A stretch of DNA of 32,000 bases. Source: Methylorubrum extorquens. GTDB taxonomy: Bacteria > Pseudomonadota > Alphaproteobacteria > Rhizobiales > Beijerinckiaceae. The position numbers were made by a program, and so were the translations under genes. Below the pieces are notes generated by a model. It worked only from the letters and a program-made list of their open reading frames with translations, had not been told where the DNA came from and ran no database searches. The stretch lies in NCBI GenBank assembly GCA_900234795.1, contig LT962688.1, positions 4,530,001-4,562,000 of the forward strand. The letters are read 5' to 3'. This document shows positions 1 through 9,164 of the stretch, one piece after another (the first letter of the stretch is position 1; every line of letters begins with the position of its first letter).

Positions 1-123
1 GTGACCGTTTGGTTATTTCGCTTGACGCGATCGTCCGCACTTGGATAGCTTGTAACCAAGTGGTCAACAACGATCGGGCAAACGATCGACCGCGGCGACA
101 TGCGGCCTGTGGGAGGGACGCTC

Positions 124-1002
124 ATGAAGGCTCGTGCCTTCGATTACCGCCGCGTGGCAAGCGTGGCGGAGGCGCTCGACGCCTATGCTGCCTGCGAAGG
201 TGAGGCGCGCTTCCTTGCGGGCGGCCAGAGCCTGCTGCCGGCGCTGAACCTGCGCCTCGACGCGCCCGACCTGCTCATCGACATCGGACGGATCGAAAGT
301 CTGCGCGGCATCGTGCTTGAAGGCGACCGGCTGCGCATCGGCGCCCTGACGCGTCACGCTGAGACGCTGACCTCCCCGCTGATCGCCGAGCACGCCCCGC
401 TCCTGACCCAGGCCGCGGCCTACATGGCGCATCTGGCGATCCGCAACCTCGGCACGATGGGCGGTAGTCTCGCCCTGTCCGACCCGGCCTCCGAACTGCC
501 GGCCTGCATGCGAGCGCTCGGCGCCGAGCTGGAGATCACCGGCCGTGACGGTACCCGTACGATCGCAGCGGACGACTTCTTCCTCGACCTGTTCGAGAAC
601 GTGATCGAGCCCGGCGAGATGTTGACCGCGGTGCGCGTGCCGCTGCCCGTGCCCGGCACGCGGATGCGGTTCGACGAAATCGCCCGGCGGCGCGGCGACT
701 ACGCCCTGGTCGGCCTCGCGGCGCATCTTGTCCTCACCGGTCCGACGGTGGAATCGGCCCGCCTCGCCTTCTGCTCGGTCGGCCCAACGCCGATGCGGGC
801 GCCGGCGGCCGAGGCTGCGCTGGCCGGCCGGTCGCTCGATGCGGCGGCGATTGCGGAAGCCAAGGCGGCGCTTGCTGACGACCTCGCGCCGGACGAAGAC
901 GAGGGCTTCTCGGCGGCGGCGCGGATGCATCTCGCCCGCGTCCTGCTTGGCCGGGTGCTGTCCGCCCTGACGGGACAAGAGTACGGGGAGATGGCGGCAT
1001 GA
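124..1002 (+). CDS. Molybdenum hydroxylase (xanthine dehydrogenase/CoxM type) FAD-binding medium subunit
   Basis: ORF 100..1002. Start set at ATG 124 (MKARAFDYRR) because GGGAGGG (111-117) lies 6 nt upstream. Motifs FLAGGQSLLPALNLR and AIRNLGTMGGSLA are typical of FAD_binding_5 / CO_deh_flav_C medium subunits. ATGA overlap (999-1002) with the next gene. Confidence 0.88.
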   Translation: MKARAFDYRRVASVAEALDAYAACEGEARFLAGGQSLLPALNLRLDAPDLLIDIGRIESLRGIVLEGDRLRIGALTRHAETLTSPLIAEHAPLLTQAAAYMAHLAIRNLGTMGGSLALSDPASELPACMRALGAELEITGRDGTRTIAADDFFLDLFENVIEPGEMLTAVRVPLPVPGTRMRFDEIARRRGDYALVGLAAHLVLTGPTVESARLAFCSVGPTPMRAPAAEAALAGRSLDAAAIAEAKAALADDLAPDEDEGFSAAARMHLARVLLGRVLSALTGQEYGEMAA

Positions 1003-1502
1003 TCGAGCCGCAGCCCGTCACCGTCACCGTCAACGGCGCTCGTGTCCGCCGCTTCGTCGAGCCGCGGGTCTCGCTCGCCGACTTCCTGAGACGCGATCTC
1101 GGTCTCACCGGCACCCATCTCGGCTGCGAGGTCGGCGCCTGCGGCGCCTGCATCGTCAATCTCGACGGACAGCCGGTCCATGCCTGCCTGATGCTCGCGG
1201 TGCAGGCGGACGGGATGCGGATCGACACGATCGAAGGCCTGTCGGATTCCGGCGAACTCGCCGAACTGCAGGCGGCCTTCCACGCCCGCAACGCCCTGCA
1301 ATGCGGTTTCTGCACGCCGGGCATCCTCGTGGTCGCCCGTGACTTTATCCGCGATTGCCGCGCCAGCGGACGCAGGCCGACGCGTGCGGTGATCCGCGAC
1401 GCGCTCTCGGGCAATTACTGTCGCTGTACCGGTTACGAGGCGATCGTCGACGCCATCGAGAGCGTCGCGGGTGCAGCCCCGATGCGGGAGGACGCAGCGT
1501 GA
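999..1502 (+). CDS. Molybdenum hydroxylase 2Fe-2S small subunit (CoxS type)
   Basis: ORF 999..1502, 167 aa. It has two iron-sulfur motifs, GCEVGACGACIV...HAC and QCGFCTPG...YCRCTGY, with the size and order typical of this subunit. Confidence 0.92.
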   Translation: MIEPQPVTVTVNGARVRRFVEPRVSLADFLRRDLGLTGTHLGCEVGACGACIVNLDGQPVHACLMLAVQADGMRIDTIEGLSDSGELAELQAAFHARNALQCGFCTPGILVVARDFIRDCRASGRRPTRAVIRDALSGNYCRCTGYEAIVDAIESVAGAAPMREDAA

Positions 1503-3880
1503 GCGCGGCGACCGACAGCCCAACCCGTCTTCGCGAGAAGGGCCGCTATATATCGGCCACGGCCTGCCGCGTCCGGGCGCCAAGCGACTGCTGGCGGGGC
1601 GGGGCCGCTACACCGACGACGTGAGCCTGCCGCGCATGCTCCACGCCGCCTTCCTGCGCAGCCCCTACGCCCATGCCCGGCTCGGCGCTATCGACGTGTC
1701 GGAGGCCGCTGGGATGCCCGGCGTGCATCGGGTGCTGACGGGTGCGGATTTTTCCGCGATCTGCACGCCGTGGGTCGGAACGCTCAGCCACTTCAAGGGC
1801 ATGCGCTCGGCGCCCCAACTCCCGCTGCCCCCTCGAGAAGGTCGTCTGGGCCGGGCAGCCGGTGGTGATGGTGGTGGCCGAGACCCGCGCCGAGGCGGAG
1901 GACGCGCTCGAAGCGGTCCAGGTGGAGTTCGAGGAGCTGGAGGCGGTGGTCGATCTCGACGCCGCCCGCGCCGCCGACGCGCCCCGCATCGACGCGGACG
2001 CGCCCGACAACGTGCTGTTCCGCACCCGCATCGAGTCGGGCTCGACGGCGGAGGCCTTCGCGGAAGCGCAGAGCGTCGCGGTCGATCTGCGCTTCGGCCG
2101 CCACACGGCGGTGACGATGGAGCCGCGCACCACGCTCGCCGATTTCGACCCGAGCGAGGAGCGGCTCACCGTCCACCAATCGACCCAGACGCCCTACCAG
2201 TTCCAGGATCTCTACGCCCGCCATTTCGGCCTGTCCGAGGCGCGGGTGCGAGTGATCGCGCCCGATGTCGGCGGCTCCTTCGGGATGAAGCTGCACGTCT
2301 ACCACGAGGACATGGCGGTGGTGGGCGCGAGCCTCCTGCTCCGGCGCCCGGTGAAGTTCACCGCCGACCGGATGGAGGCCTTCGCCAGCGACATCCACGC
2401 CCGCGACCACCGGGTGCGCGCCCGCCTCGCCTTCGCTCCGGACGGCACCCTGACTGCGATCGAGGTGGACGACGTGACCGGCGTCGGCCCGTTCTCGGCC
2501 TATCCGCGCACCAGCGCGGTCGAGGGCAACCAGGTCGTGCGCCTGATCGGCGCGCCCTACCGGCTCACCGATTACCGCGCCGATCTGACCGTGGTGGCGC
2601 AGAACAAGGTGCAGATGAGCCAGTACCGTGCGGTCGGCCACCCGATCGCCTGCGCGGTGACGGAGCGCCTCGTCGATCTCGCCGCGGACCGGCTCGGCCT
2701 CGACCCGTTCGAGATCCGGCGGCGCAACTACGTGACCGACGACATGTACCCGCACACCACGCCGAGCGGGTACCGGTTCGAGAAGCTCTCGCTCGCGACC
2801 TGCCTTTCGCGGCTCCACGACCTGATGGACTATCCGCGCCTGCGCGCCGAGCAGGCCGCCCTGCGCGAGAAAGGCGTCCATCGCGGCATCGGCATCGCTA
2901 CCTATGTCGAGATCACCAACCCGACGCCTGCCTTCTACGGCGTCGGCGGCGCCCACATCTCGGCGCAGGACGGCTGCGTCCTCAAGCTGACGCCCGCCGG
3001 CGAGGTGCAATGCGCCATCAGCATCACCGAGCAGGGCCAGGGCAGCGAGGCCATCGTCGGCCAGATCGTCGCCGAGGGGCTCGGCGTCGACCGGGACTGC
3101 ATCCGGGTGCTCACCGGCGACACCGAGACGACGCCCTCGGGCGGGGCCACCTGGGCCTGCCGCGGCGCCGGCATCGGCGGCGAGACCGCGCTCCAGGCGA
3201 GCCGCAAGCTGAAGCGGCGCATCCTCGAGATCGCCGCCGCGATCCTGCAGGCGGAGGCCGACGCCCTCGACATCCGCGAGGGCGCGGTGACGAATGCCGA
3301 CGGCACGCCGCGCATGACGCTGAAGGAGCTGGCGAACCTCGCCTATTACCGCTCCGACCTGCTGCCGCCGGACGTTTCGCCGGCGCTGACGGTGGCGCAC
3401 CACTTCGCCCCGCGCGGCTACCCCTTCGCATTCACCAACGGCATCCACGGCAGCCTCGTCGAGGTCGATGCCGAGACCGGCTTCGTCACCCTCCTCAAGC
3501 ACTGGGTGGTCGAGGATTGCGGGCGGGTCATCAACCCGCTGCTGGTGGACGAGCAGATCCGCGGCGGCGTGGTGCAGGGGCTCGGCGCCGCCTTCTTCGA
3601 AGAGTGCCGCTACGGCGAGACCGGTCAGCTCCTGAACGGCTCGATGACCGATTACCTCGTGCCGATGGCCTGCGAGATGCCGGACATCGTGATCACCCAT
3701 GTCGAGACGCCGACGGGGGACACCGAACTCGGTGCCAAGGGTGTCGGCGAGGCCGGCACCGCCGCCGCCTCGGGCGCGGCGCTGAACGCCGTCAATGACG
3801 CCCTGCGCCCGCTGGGCGCCAGCGTCTCGCAGCTGCCGATGACGCCTGAACGCATCCTGATGGCGCTCGACGTGATCTGA
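1499..3880 (+). pseudogene. Molybdenum hydroxylase Mo-pterin large subunit (CoxL/XdhA type), frame-disrupted as sequenced
   Basis: The N-terminal CoxL-type sequence (YIGHGLPRPGAKRLLAGRGRYTDDV...HFKGMRSAPQLPLP) is in frame 1 (ORF 1471..3798). After the C5 run 1828-1832 it continues in frame 2 (ORF 1742..3880: LEKVVWAGQPVVMVVAETRAEAEDA ... AKGVGEAGTAAA). Deleting one C gives one subunit of about 790 aa. The best start is GTG 1499 (GGGAGGA 6 nt upstream, GTGA overlap with the small-subunit stop). It is in frame 2, which implies a second lesion near (TA)3 at 1547-1553. Confidence 0.85.
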
Positions 3881-3946
3881 GCGCGCTCATTCGATTTCGC
3901 GACGCGGGCCGCACGCATGAGCCCGCGCGACGACAGGGAGAGAACG

Positions 3947-5194
3947 ATGATCCGACAGGGACCGGGATACGGCGCCGTCTCGCGCCGGACGCTCGTGCGG
4001 GGCATGGCCGCGGCCGGCACGCTCGCCGGGATCGGCATGCCCTTCGTCGCCCGGGCGGCGGAGCCGATCCGCATCGGCTTCCCGACGCCGGTCACCGGCC
4101 CGTTCGGCGCCGAGGCCAAGGACCAGATCCGCTCGGCGGAACTGGCCGTGAAGCAGTTCAACGAGGCCGGCGGCCTGAACGGTCGCATGGCCGAGCTGCT
4201 GGTGCGCGATGACAAGCTCAACCCCGGCGAGGCCGCGACCCGGACGCTGGAGCTGATCGAGAAGGACCGGGCTCACTTCATCGTCGGCGCCCTGTCGAGC
4301 GCGGTGCAGCTCTCGGTCAACGAGATCACCCGCTCGCGAAAGGTCCTCTACGTGTCGATCAGCCAGTCGGACACGATCAACGAGGCCAAGGATTTCAGCC
4401 GCCACACCTTCCACGAGGCTCTGAACCCGCACATGACCACCGCGGCAGTGGCCAAGCACGCCTTCAAGAAGGGCACGCGGGTCGCCTACCTCGTCGCCGA
4501 CTACGCCTACGGCCACGAGATGCTGCGCGGCTTCAAGCGCGCGGCGGCCGCCATCGGGGCCGAGACGGCGGGCGAGATCCTGCACCCGTTCGGCGCGCCC
4601 GACTACTCGACCTTCATGCCGCGCCTGCGCTCGATGCGCCCGGACATCCTCTGCATCTGCAATTTCGGCCGCGACCAGGCCAACAGCATCAAGCAGGCCA
4701 ACGATTTCGGGCTGAAGAAGGCCGCGCGGATCGTCGTGCCGGTGCTGCTGCACAACCAGCGCCTCGCGGGCGGTGCCGACGCCTTCGAGGGCGTGGTGGG
4801 CGCCAGCAACTACTACTGGCGTCTCGAAGAGACGGTGCCCTCGGCCAAGGCCTTCAACGACGCCTTCCGCGCCGCCTATGCCGGCGCGGTGCCCACCGAT
4901 TACGGTGCCTACGGCTACACCGCCGTGCGCTCCCTGCTGATGGCGGTGCAGGCGGCGGGCGACACCGATACGGACCGGGTGATCGCGGCGCTGGAGGCGC
5001 TGCAATACGACGTCGCCAAGGGCCCCGAGCGCTACCGGGCCTGCGACCACCAAGCGATCCAGTCGGTGCTCATCACGGAATCTAAGAAGAAGTCCGAGAT
5101 GCAGGGCGAGGCCGACCTGTTCAAGATCCTCGAGGTCGAGCCGGGCGCGGAGGCGATGCTGCGCTCCTGCGACGAACTCGGCCACCGGGCCTGA
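3947..5194 (+). CDS. ABC transporter substrate-binding protein, Leu/Ile/Val-binding-protein family
   Basis: ORF 3917..5194. Start moved to ATG 3947 (GGGAG 6 nt upstream). The leader SRRTLVRGMAAAGTLAGIGMPFVARA is followed by IRIGFPTPVTGPFG, typical of type-1 periplasmic binding proteins of Liv-like systems. Confidence 0.88.
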   Translation: MIRQGPGYGAVSRRTLVRGMAAAGTLAGIGMPFVARAAEPIRIGFPTPVTGPFGAEAKDQIRSAELAVKQFNEAGGLNGRMAELLVRDDKLNPGEAATRTLELIEKDRAHFIVGALSSAVQLSVNEITRSRKVLYVSISQSDTINEAKDFSRHTFHEALNPHMTTAAVAKHAFKKGTRVAYLVADYAYGHEMLRGFKRAAAAIGAETAGEILHPFGAPDYSTFMPRLRSMRPDILCICNFGRDQANSIKQANDFGLKKAARIVVPVLLHNQRLAGGADAFEGVVGASNYYWRLEETVPSAKAFNDAFRAAYAGAVPTDYGAYGYTAVRSLLMAVQAAGDTDTDRVIAALEALQYDVAKGPERYRACDHQAIQSVLITESKKKSEMQGEADLFKILEVEPGAEAMLRSCDELGHRA

Positions 5195-5211
5195 CGCGAG
5201 CGGGGGCGGCC

Positions 5212-6102
5212 ATGGATCCGGGATTCCTCGACCTCGAACTGATCGCGATGCAGCTCTTCTCGGGCGTGGCGCTCGGTGCCGTGTTCGTGATGCTGGCGCT
5301 CGGCCTGTCGATCATCTTCGGCATGCTCGGCATCGTGAACTTCGCCCACGGCAACGTCTTCATGGTCGGCGCCTATGCGGGCGTGTTCGTGATGGAGCGC
5401 ACGGGCTCCTTCTGGGCCGCGCTGCTGTTCGGGCCGCTGATGGTCGGGGCGCTCGGCCTCCTGATCGAACGCTTCCTGATCCGGCCGCTGGCCGGGCGCT
5501 CGCCGGACGATCCGCTGCTGCTCACCTTCGGGCTCGGCTACGTGCTGGTGGAGGGCGTGCGCATCCTGTTCGGTTCGGATGGCCTGCCCTTCGCCACGCC
5601 TGAGGAACTCTCGGGGGTGGCCGATCTCGGCATCGGCTTCTTCCCGATCTACCGGCTGTTCGTGGTCGGCGTGGTGGCGCTGGTCCTCGTCGCCCTCTGG
5701 TACGGGCTCGAGCGCACGCGACTCGGCCTGATCGTGCGGGCCGGCGCCCGCGACCCCGAGATCCTGCGGGTGCTCGGCGTCGATATCCAGCGGCTCTGGC
5801 TCTGGGTGTTCGCGCTCGGCATCGCGCTGGCCGCGCTCGGCGGCGTGCTCGCCGCACCAATGCGCTCGGTCAATCCGGAGATGGGCAACGTCGTGCTGGG
5901 CGAAGCCTTCGCCGTCACGGTGATCGGCGGGATGGGCTCGCTGATGGGATCGGTCGTGGCCGGGCTGCTCGTCGGCATCGTGGTCTCGATGACCGCGCTC
6001 TTCGCCCCCGAGATGGCGAGCATCGCGATGTTCGCCTTCATGGCCCTGGTTCTGCTGGTCCGGCCGCAGGGCCTGTTCGGCAAGCCCGGCCTCGGCGTCT
6101 GA
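5212..6102 (+). CDS. Branched-chain-amino-acid-type ABC transporter permease (LivH-like)
   Basis: ORF 5212..6102, 296 aa, strongly hydrophobic. Motif GLSIIFGMLGIVNFAHGNVFMVGAY is typical of LivH-family permeases. Confidence 0.9.
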   Translation: MDPGFLDLELIAMQLFSGVALGAVFVMLALGLSIIFGMLGIVNFAHGNVFMVGAYAGVFVMERTGSFWAALLFGPLMVGALGLLIERFLIRPLAGRSPDDPLLLTFGLGYVLVEGVRILFGSDGLPFATPEELSGVADLGIGFFPIYRLFVVGVVALVLVALWYGLERTRLGLIVRAGARDPEILRVLGVDIQRLWLWVFALGIALAALGGVLAAPMRSVNPEMGNVVLGEAFAVTVIGGMGSLMGSVVAGLLVGIVVSMTALFAPEMASIAMFAFMALVLLVRPQGLFGKPGLGV

Positions 6103-6113
6103 GGAGCCCCGCA

Positions 6114-7127
6114 ATGCAGACCCTCGACCAGACTGTCGTCGAGGCACCGCCGACGGTGCCGCGACGCTCGCCGATCGCTCTCGACGGCGTCTCGCGCTGG
6201 CGTGCGCCGCTGTCGATCCTCGCGCTGCTGGCGCTGCCCTTCCTGCTTCCCTCGCAGGCGCTCGCGGTCAACGTGCTGATCTACGGGCTCTACGCCGTCG
6301 GCTACAACCTGCTCTACGGCTATACCGGCCTGCTCTCCTTTGGCCACGCCGCCTTCTTCGGCACGGGGGCCTATCTCACCGGGATCGGCATCGGCGCGTT
6401 CGGCCTGCACCCGCTGCTGGCGATGGCGCTGGCGGTCGTCGCCGCGAGCGGGTTGGCACTCGTCATCGGCACCGTGTCGATCCGCTCGCGCGGCATCTAC
6501 TTCGCCATGGTGACGCTGGCGCTCGCCCAACTCGTCTACTACGTCGCGCTCCAGGCCTCCTCCTGGACCGGGGGCGAGAACGGGCTTCGCGGCTTCACGG
6601 TCTCGACCATCGACCTTGGGATCGTCTCCCTCGATATCCTGAACCCGCTGACCAAGTACCTCTTCGTGCTGGCCTTCGTCGGCGCGGCGCTCGCGCTGAT
6701 CTCGCGCATCCTTGCCTCGCCCTTCGGCGCGGTGATCGAGGCGATCCGCGAGAACGAGACCCGGGCCCGCGCCTGCGGCTTCGACGTGGAGCGCACCAAG
6801 CTCCTCGCGTTCGTGCTGTCGGGCCTGTTCTGCGGCCTCTCCGGAGCGCTCTCGGCGATCCACCTCTCGATCGTGCCGCTGGACAGCCTCGCCTACCACA
6901 CCTCCGGCACGGCGGTCGTGATGACGCTGGTGGGCGGCGCGGGCACCTTCTTCGGCCCCTTCGTCGGCGCCCTGACCGTGCTGGTTCTGGAGGACGTCCT
7001 GAGCCTCTGGACGCCGCACTGGCAGCTCGCGCTCGGCTCCGTCTTCATCCTGTTCGTGCTGTTCCTGCCCCGCGGCCTCTGGGGCACGGCGCTGGGGCGG
7101 CTCACCGCGTTGCGGGGGCGCCGATGA
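6114..7127 (+). CDS. Branched-chain-amino-acid-type ABC transporter permease (LivM-like)
   Basis: ORF 6114..7127, 337 aa. Motif YNLLYGYTGLLSFGHAAFFGTGAY is typical of LivM-family permeases. ATGA overlap with the next gene. Confidence 0.9.
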   Translation: MQTLDQTVVEAPPTVPRRSPIALDGVSRWRAPLSILALLALPFLLPSQALAVNVLIYGLYAVGYNLLYGYTGLLSFGHAAFFGTGAYLTGIGIGAFGLHPLLAMALAVVAASGLALVIGTVSIRSRGIYFAMVTLALAQLVYYVALQASSWTGGENGLRGFTVSTIDLGIVSLDILNPLTKYLFVLAFVGAALALISRILASPFGAVIEAIRENETRARACGFDVERTKLLAFVLSGLFCGLSGALSAIHLSIVPLDSLAYHTSGTAVVMTLVGGAGTFFGPFVGALTVLVLEDVLSLWTPHWQLALGSVFILFVLFLPRGLWGTALGRLTALRGRR

Positions 7128-7894
7128 ACCCGGTCTCGAACCCCATCCTCGAAGTCGAGAACCTCGGCCGGCGCTTTGGCGCCTTCACCGCCCTCGAAGG
7201 CGTCTCGGCCGCCTTCGGCGAAGGGCGCATCACCGCCATCATCGGCCCGAACGGGGCGGGCAAGAGCACGTTCTTCAACCTGCTCTCCGGCGCCCTCAAG
7301 CCGACGAGCGGGAGCTTGCGCTTCTCCGGCCGCGACATGGGCCGCGTGCCCCAGGCGCGCTTTGCCCATCTCGGCATTGCCCGCTCCTACCAGATCACCA
7401 ACCTGTTTCCGCGCCTGACCGCCCACGAGAACGTGCGCACGGCGATCCAGGCCCGCACCCACCGCTACGATTTCTGGAGCCGGCGCGACGCGCTTACCGG
7501 CCTCGGCACGCGCGCCGACGAGATCCTCGACGCGGTCGGCCTCTCAGGCCGCCGCGACCGGCCCGCCGCCTCGCTCGCCCACGGCGAGCAGCGGGCACTG
7601 GAGATCGGCATCGCGCTCGCCGCCGACCCGAAGCTGCTGCTGCTCGACGAGCCCACCGCCGGCATGGGCCCGGAGGAGACCAAGGAGATGGTCGCGCTGC
7701 TGCGCCGCCTGGGTGAGAGCCGCACCATCCTGCTGGTCGAGCACAAGATGAAGATGATCCTCGGCCTGTCCGAGCGGATCCTCGTGCTGCATCACGGCCG
7801 GCTCATCGCCGACGGGACGCCGTCCGAGATCCAGATCGACCGGGAAGTTCGCCGGGTCTATCTCGGCCAGAGCGGCGGGTACGGCCATGCTTGA
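7124..7894 (+). CDS. ABC transporter ATP-binding protein (LivG-like)
   Basis: ORF 7124..7894. Walker A GPNGAGKST, signature LAHGEQRALEIG, Walker B LLLLDEPTAGM. Confidence 0.92.
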   Translation: MNPVSNPILEVENLGRRFGAFTALEGVSAAFGEGRITAIIGPNGAGKSTFFNLLSGALKPTSGSLRFSGRDMGRVPQARFAHLGIARSYQITNLFPRLTAHENVRTAIQARTHRYDFWSRRDALTGLGTRADEILDAVGLSGRRDRPAASLAHGEQRALEIGIALAADPKLLLLDEPTAGMGPEETKEMVALLRRLGESRTILLVEHKMKMILGLSERILVLHHGRLIADGTPSEIQIDREVRRVYLGQSGGYGHA

Positions 7895-8593
7895 GATCGA
7901 TCGCCTCGACGCGTGGTACGGCCCGAGCCATGTCCTGCACGGCCTCTCCCCTCGAGGTGCGGGCGGGCGAGATCCTGGCGCTGGTCGGCCGCAATGGCGC
8001 GGGCAAGACCACGACCATGAAGGCCGTGATGGGCCTGATCCCGAAGGTTGCCGGCAGCGTCCGCTTCCTCGGGGAGGATCTGCTCGGGCGCCCGGCCCAT
8101 GCCCGCTTTCCGCTGGGCCTGGCTTACGTGCCCGAGGACCGGCGCATCGTGCCCGGCCTCACCGTGCGCGAGAACCTGAAGCTCGGACTGCTGCGCGCCC
8201 CGGCCTCCATCAAGGAGGGACCGGCCATCGCCGAGATCGCCGAGACCTTCCCGCGCCTCGCCGAGCGGCTCGACCAGACGGCCGTGACGATGTCCGGCGG
8301 CGAGCAGCAGATGCTTGCCATCGCTCGCGCGATGATCGCGCGCCCCCAAGCTGATCCTGCTCGACGAGCCCTCCGAGGGCATCATGCCGGTGCTGGTCGA
8401 GGAGATGGGTCGGCTGTTCGTCGCGTTGCGCGAACGCGGGGTGACGCTGCTGCTTGTGGAGCAGAACGTCGAATGGGCGCTCAACCTCGCCGACCGCGCC
8501 GTGATCATCGACCAGGGCGCGGTCGTGCACGAGAGCTCGGCCGCGGCCCTGCGCGCCGATACCGCGATTCAGGATCGCTACTGCGCGGTCTGA
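7887..8593 (+). pseudogene. ABC transporter ATP-binding protein (LivF-like), two +1 frame breaks as sequenced
   Basis: The protein is spread over three frames. MLEIDRLDAWYGPSHVLHGLS is in the frame of ATG 7887. After C4 7948-7951 comes LEVRAGEILALVGRNGAGKTT...MSGGEQQMLAIARAMIARP (ORF 7891..8619). After C5 8343-8347 comes KLILLDEPSEGIMPVLVEEM...QDRYCAV (ORF 8384..8593). Removing one C at each run gives a normal 234-aa LivF-type protein. Confidence 0.85.
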
Positions 8594-8622
8594 CCGCCAC
8601 GACCCGTTACGGGAGGTAAGCC

Positions 8623-9099
8623 ATGGACATCACAGGCGAGTACCGCATCGCGGCGCCGCGCGCGGCCGTCTGGGCCGCCCTGAACGACCCGGAGGTGCTC
8701 GCCCGCTGCATCCCCGGCTGCAAGGAGCTGACGCAGGCCTCGCCCGAGGAACTGGCCGCCAAGGTCGCCCTGAAGGTCGGCCCGGTCTCGGCGACCTTCG
8801 CCGGCACCGTGCGGTTCGAGGACATCCGCGCCCCGGAGGGCTACACCCTGGTCGGCCAGGGCAACGGCGGCATGGCGGGCTTCGCCAAGGGCCGCGCCGT
8901 CGTCTCGCTCCGCGAGGAGGGCGCCGACACCGTGCTGACCTACGAGGCCAAGGCCGAGATCGGCGGCAAGATTGCCTCACTCGGCGGACGTTTGATCCAG
9001 GGGACCTCGCGCAAGCTCGCCGACCAGTTCTTCGGCGCCTTCGCCGCCGAACTCGGAGCGCCCGCGCCCGCCTCCGAAGCGGCCGTCGCCGCCCCCTGA
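8623..9099 (+). CDS. CoxG-family SRPBCC protein
   Basis: ORF 8623..9099. GGGAGG lies upstream of the ATG. The N-terminus [36 protein letters not shown] matches the pattern of carbon monoxide dehydrogenase subunit G-like proteins. Confidence 0.82.
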   Translation: MDITGEYRIAAPRAAVWAALNDPEVLARCIPGCKELTQASPEELAAKVALKVGPVSATFAGTVRFEDIRAPEGYTLVGQGNGGMAGFAKGRAVVSLREEGADTVLTYEAKAEIGGKIASLGGRLIQGTSRKLADQFFGAFAAELGAPAPASEAAVAAP

Positions 9100-9164
9100 A
9101 CGCTCCCTTCACCGAAGCTTCGAAGATCCGCCGGCTCGCAGGCCGGCACGGACAGGACAGAGCC

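Noticed and set aside
22-50. TTGACG (22-27) as the -35 box of a promoter for the Mo-hydroxylase operon
   Set aside because: The best -10 candidate at 16-nt spacing (GATAGC) matches TATAAT at only 3 of 6 positions. The window starts too close to judge the upstream context.
1471-3798. 775-aa ORF read as one continuous protein
   Set aside because: Only about the first 120 codons (up to ...MRSAPQLPLP) are real CoxL-type sequence. Beyond the C5 run at 1828-1832 this frame becomes Arg/Gly/Pro junk, and the true protein continues in ORF 1742..3880.
100-3880. Calling the three-subunit enzyme an aerobic carbon monoxide dehydrogenase (coxMSL)
   Set aside because: The active-site loop reads WACRGAGIG, not the form I (AYxCSFR) or form II (AYRGAGR) signatures as I recall them. 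No cox accessory genes (coxD/E/F) are present. The generic label molybdenum hydroxylase is safer.
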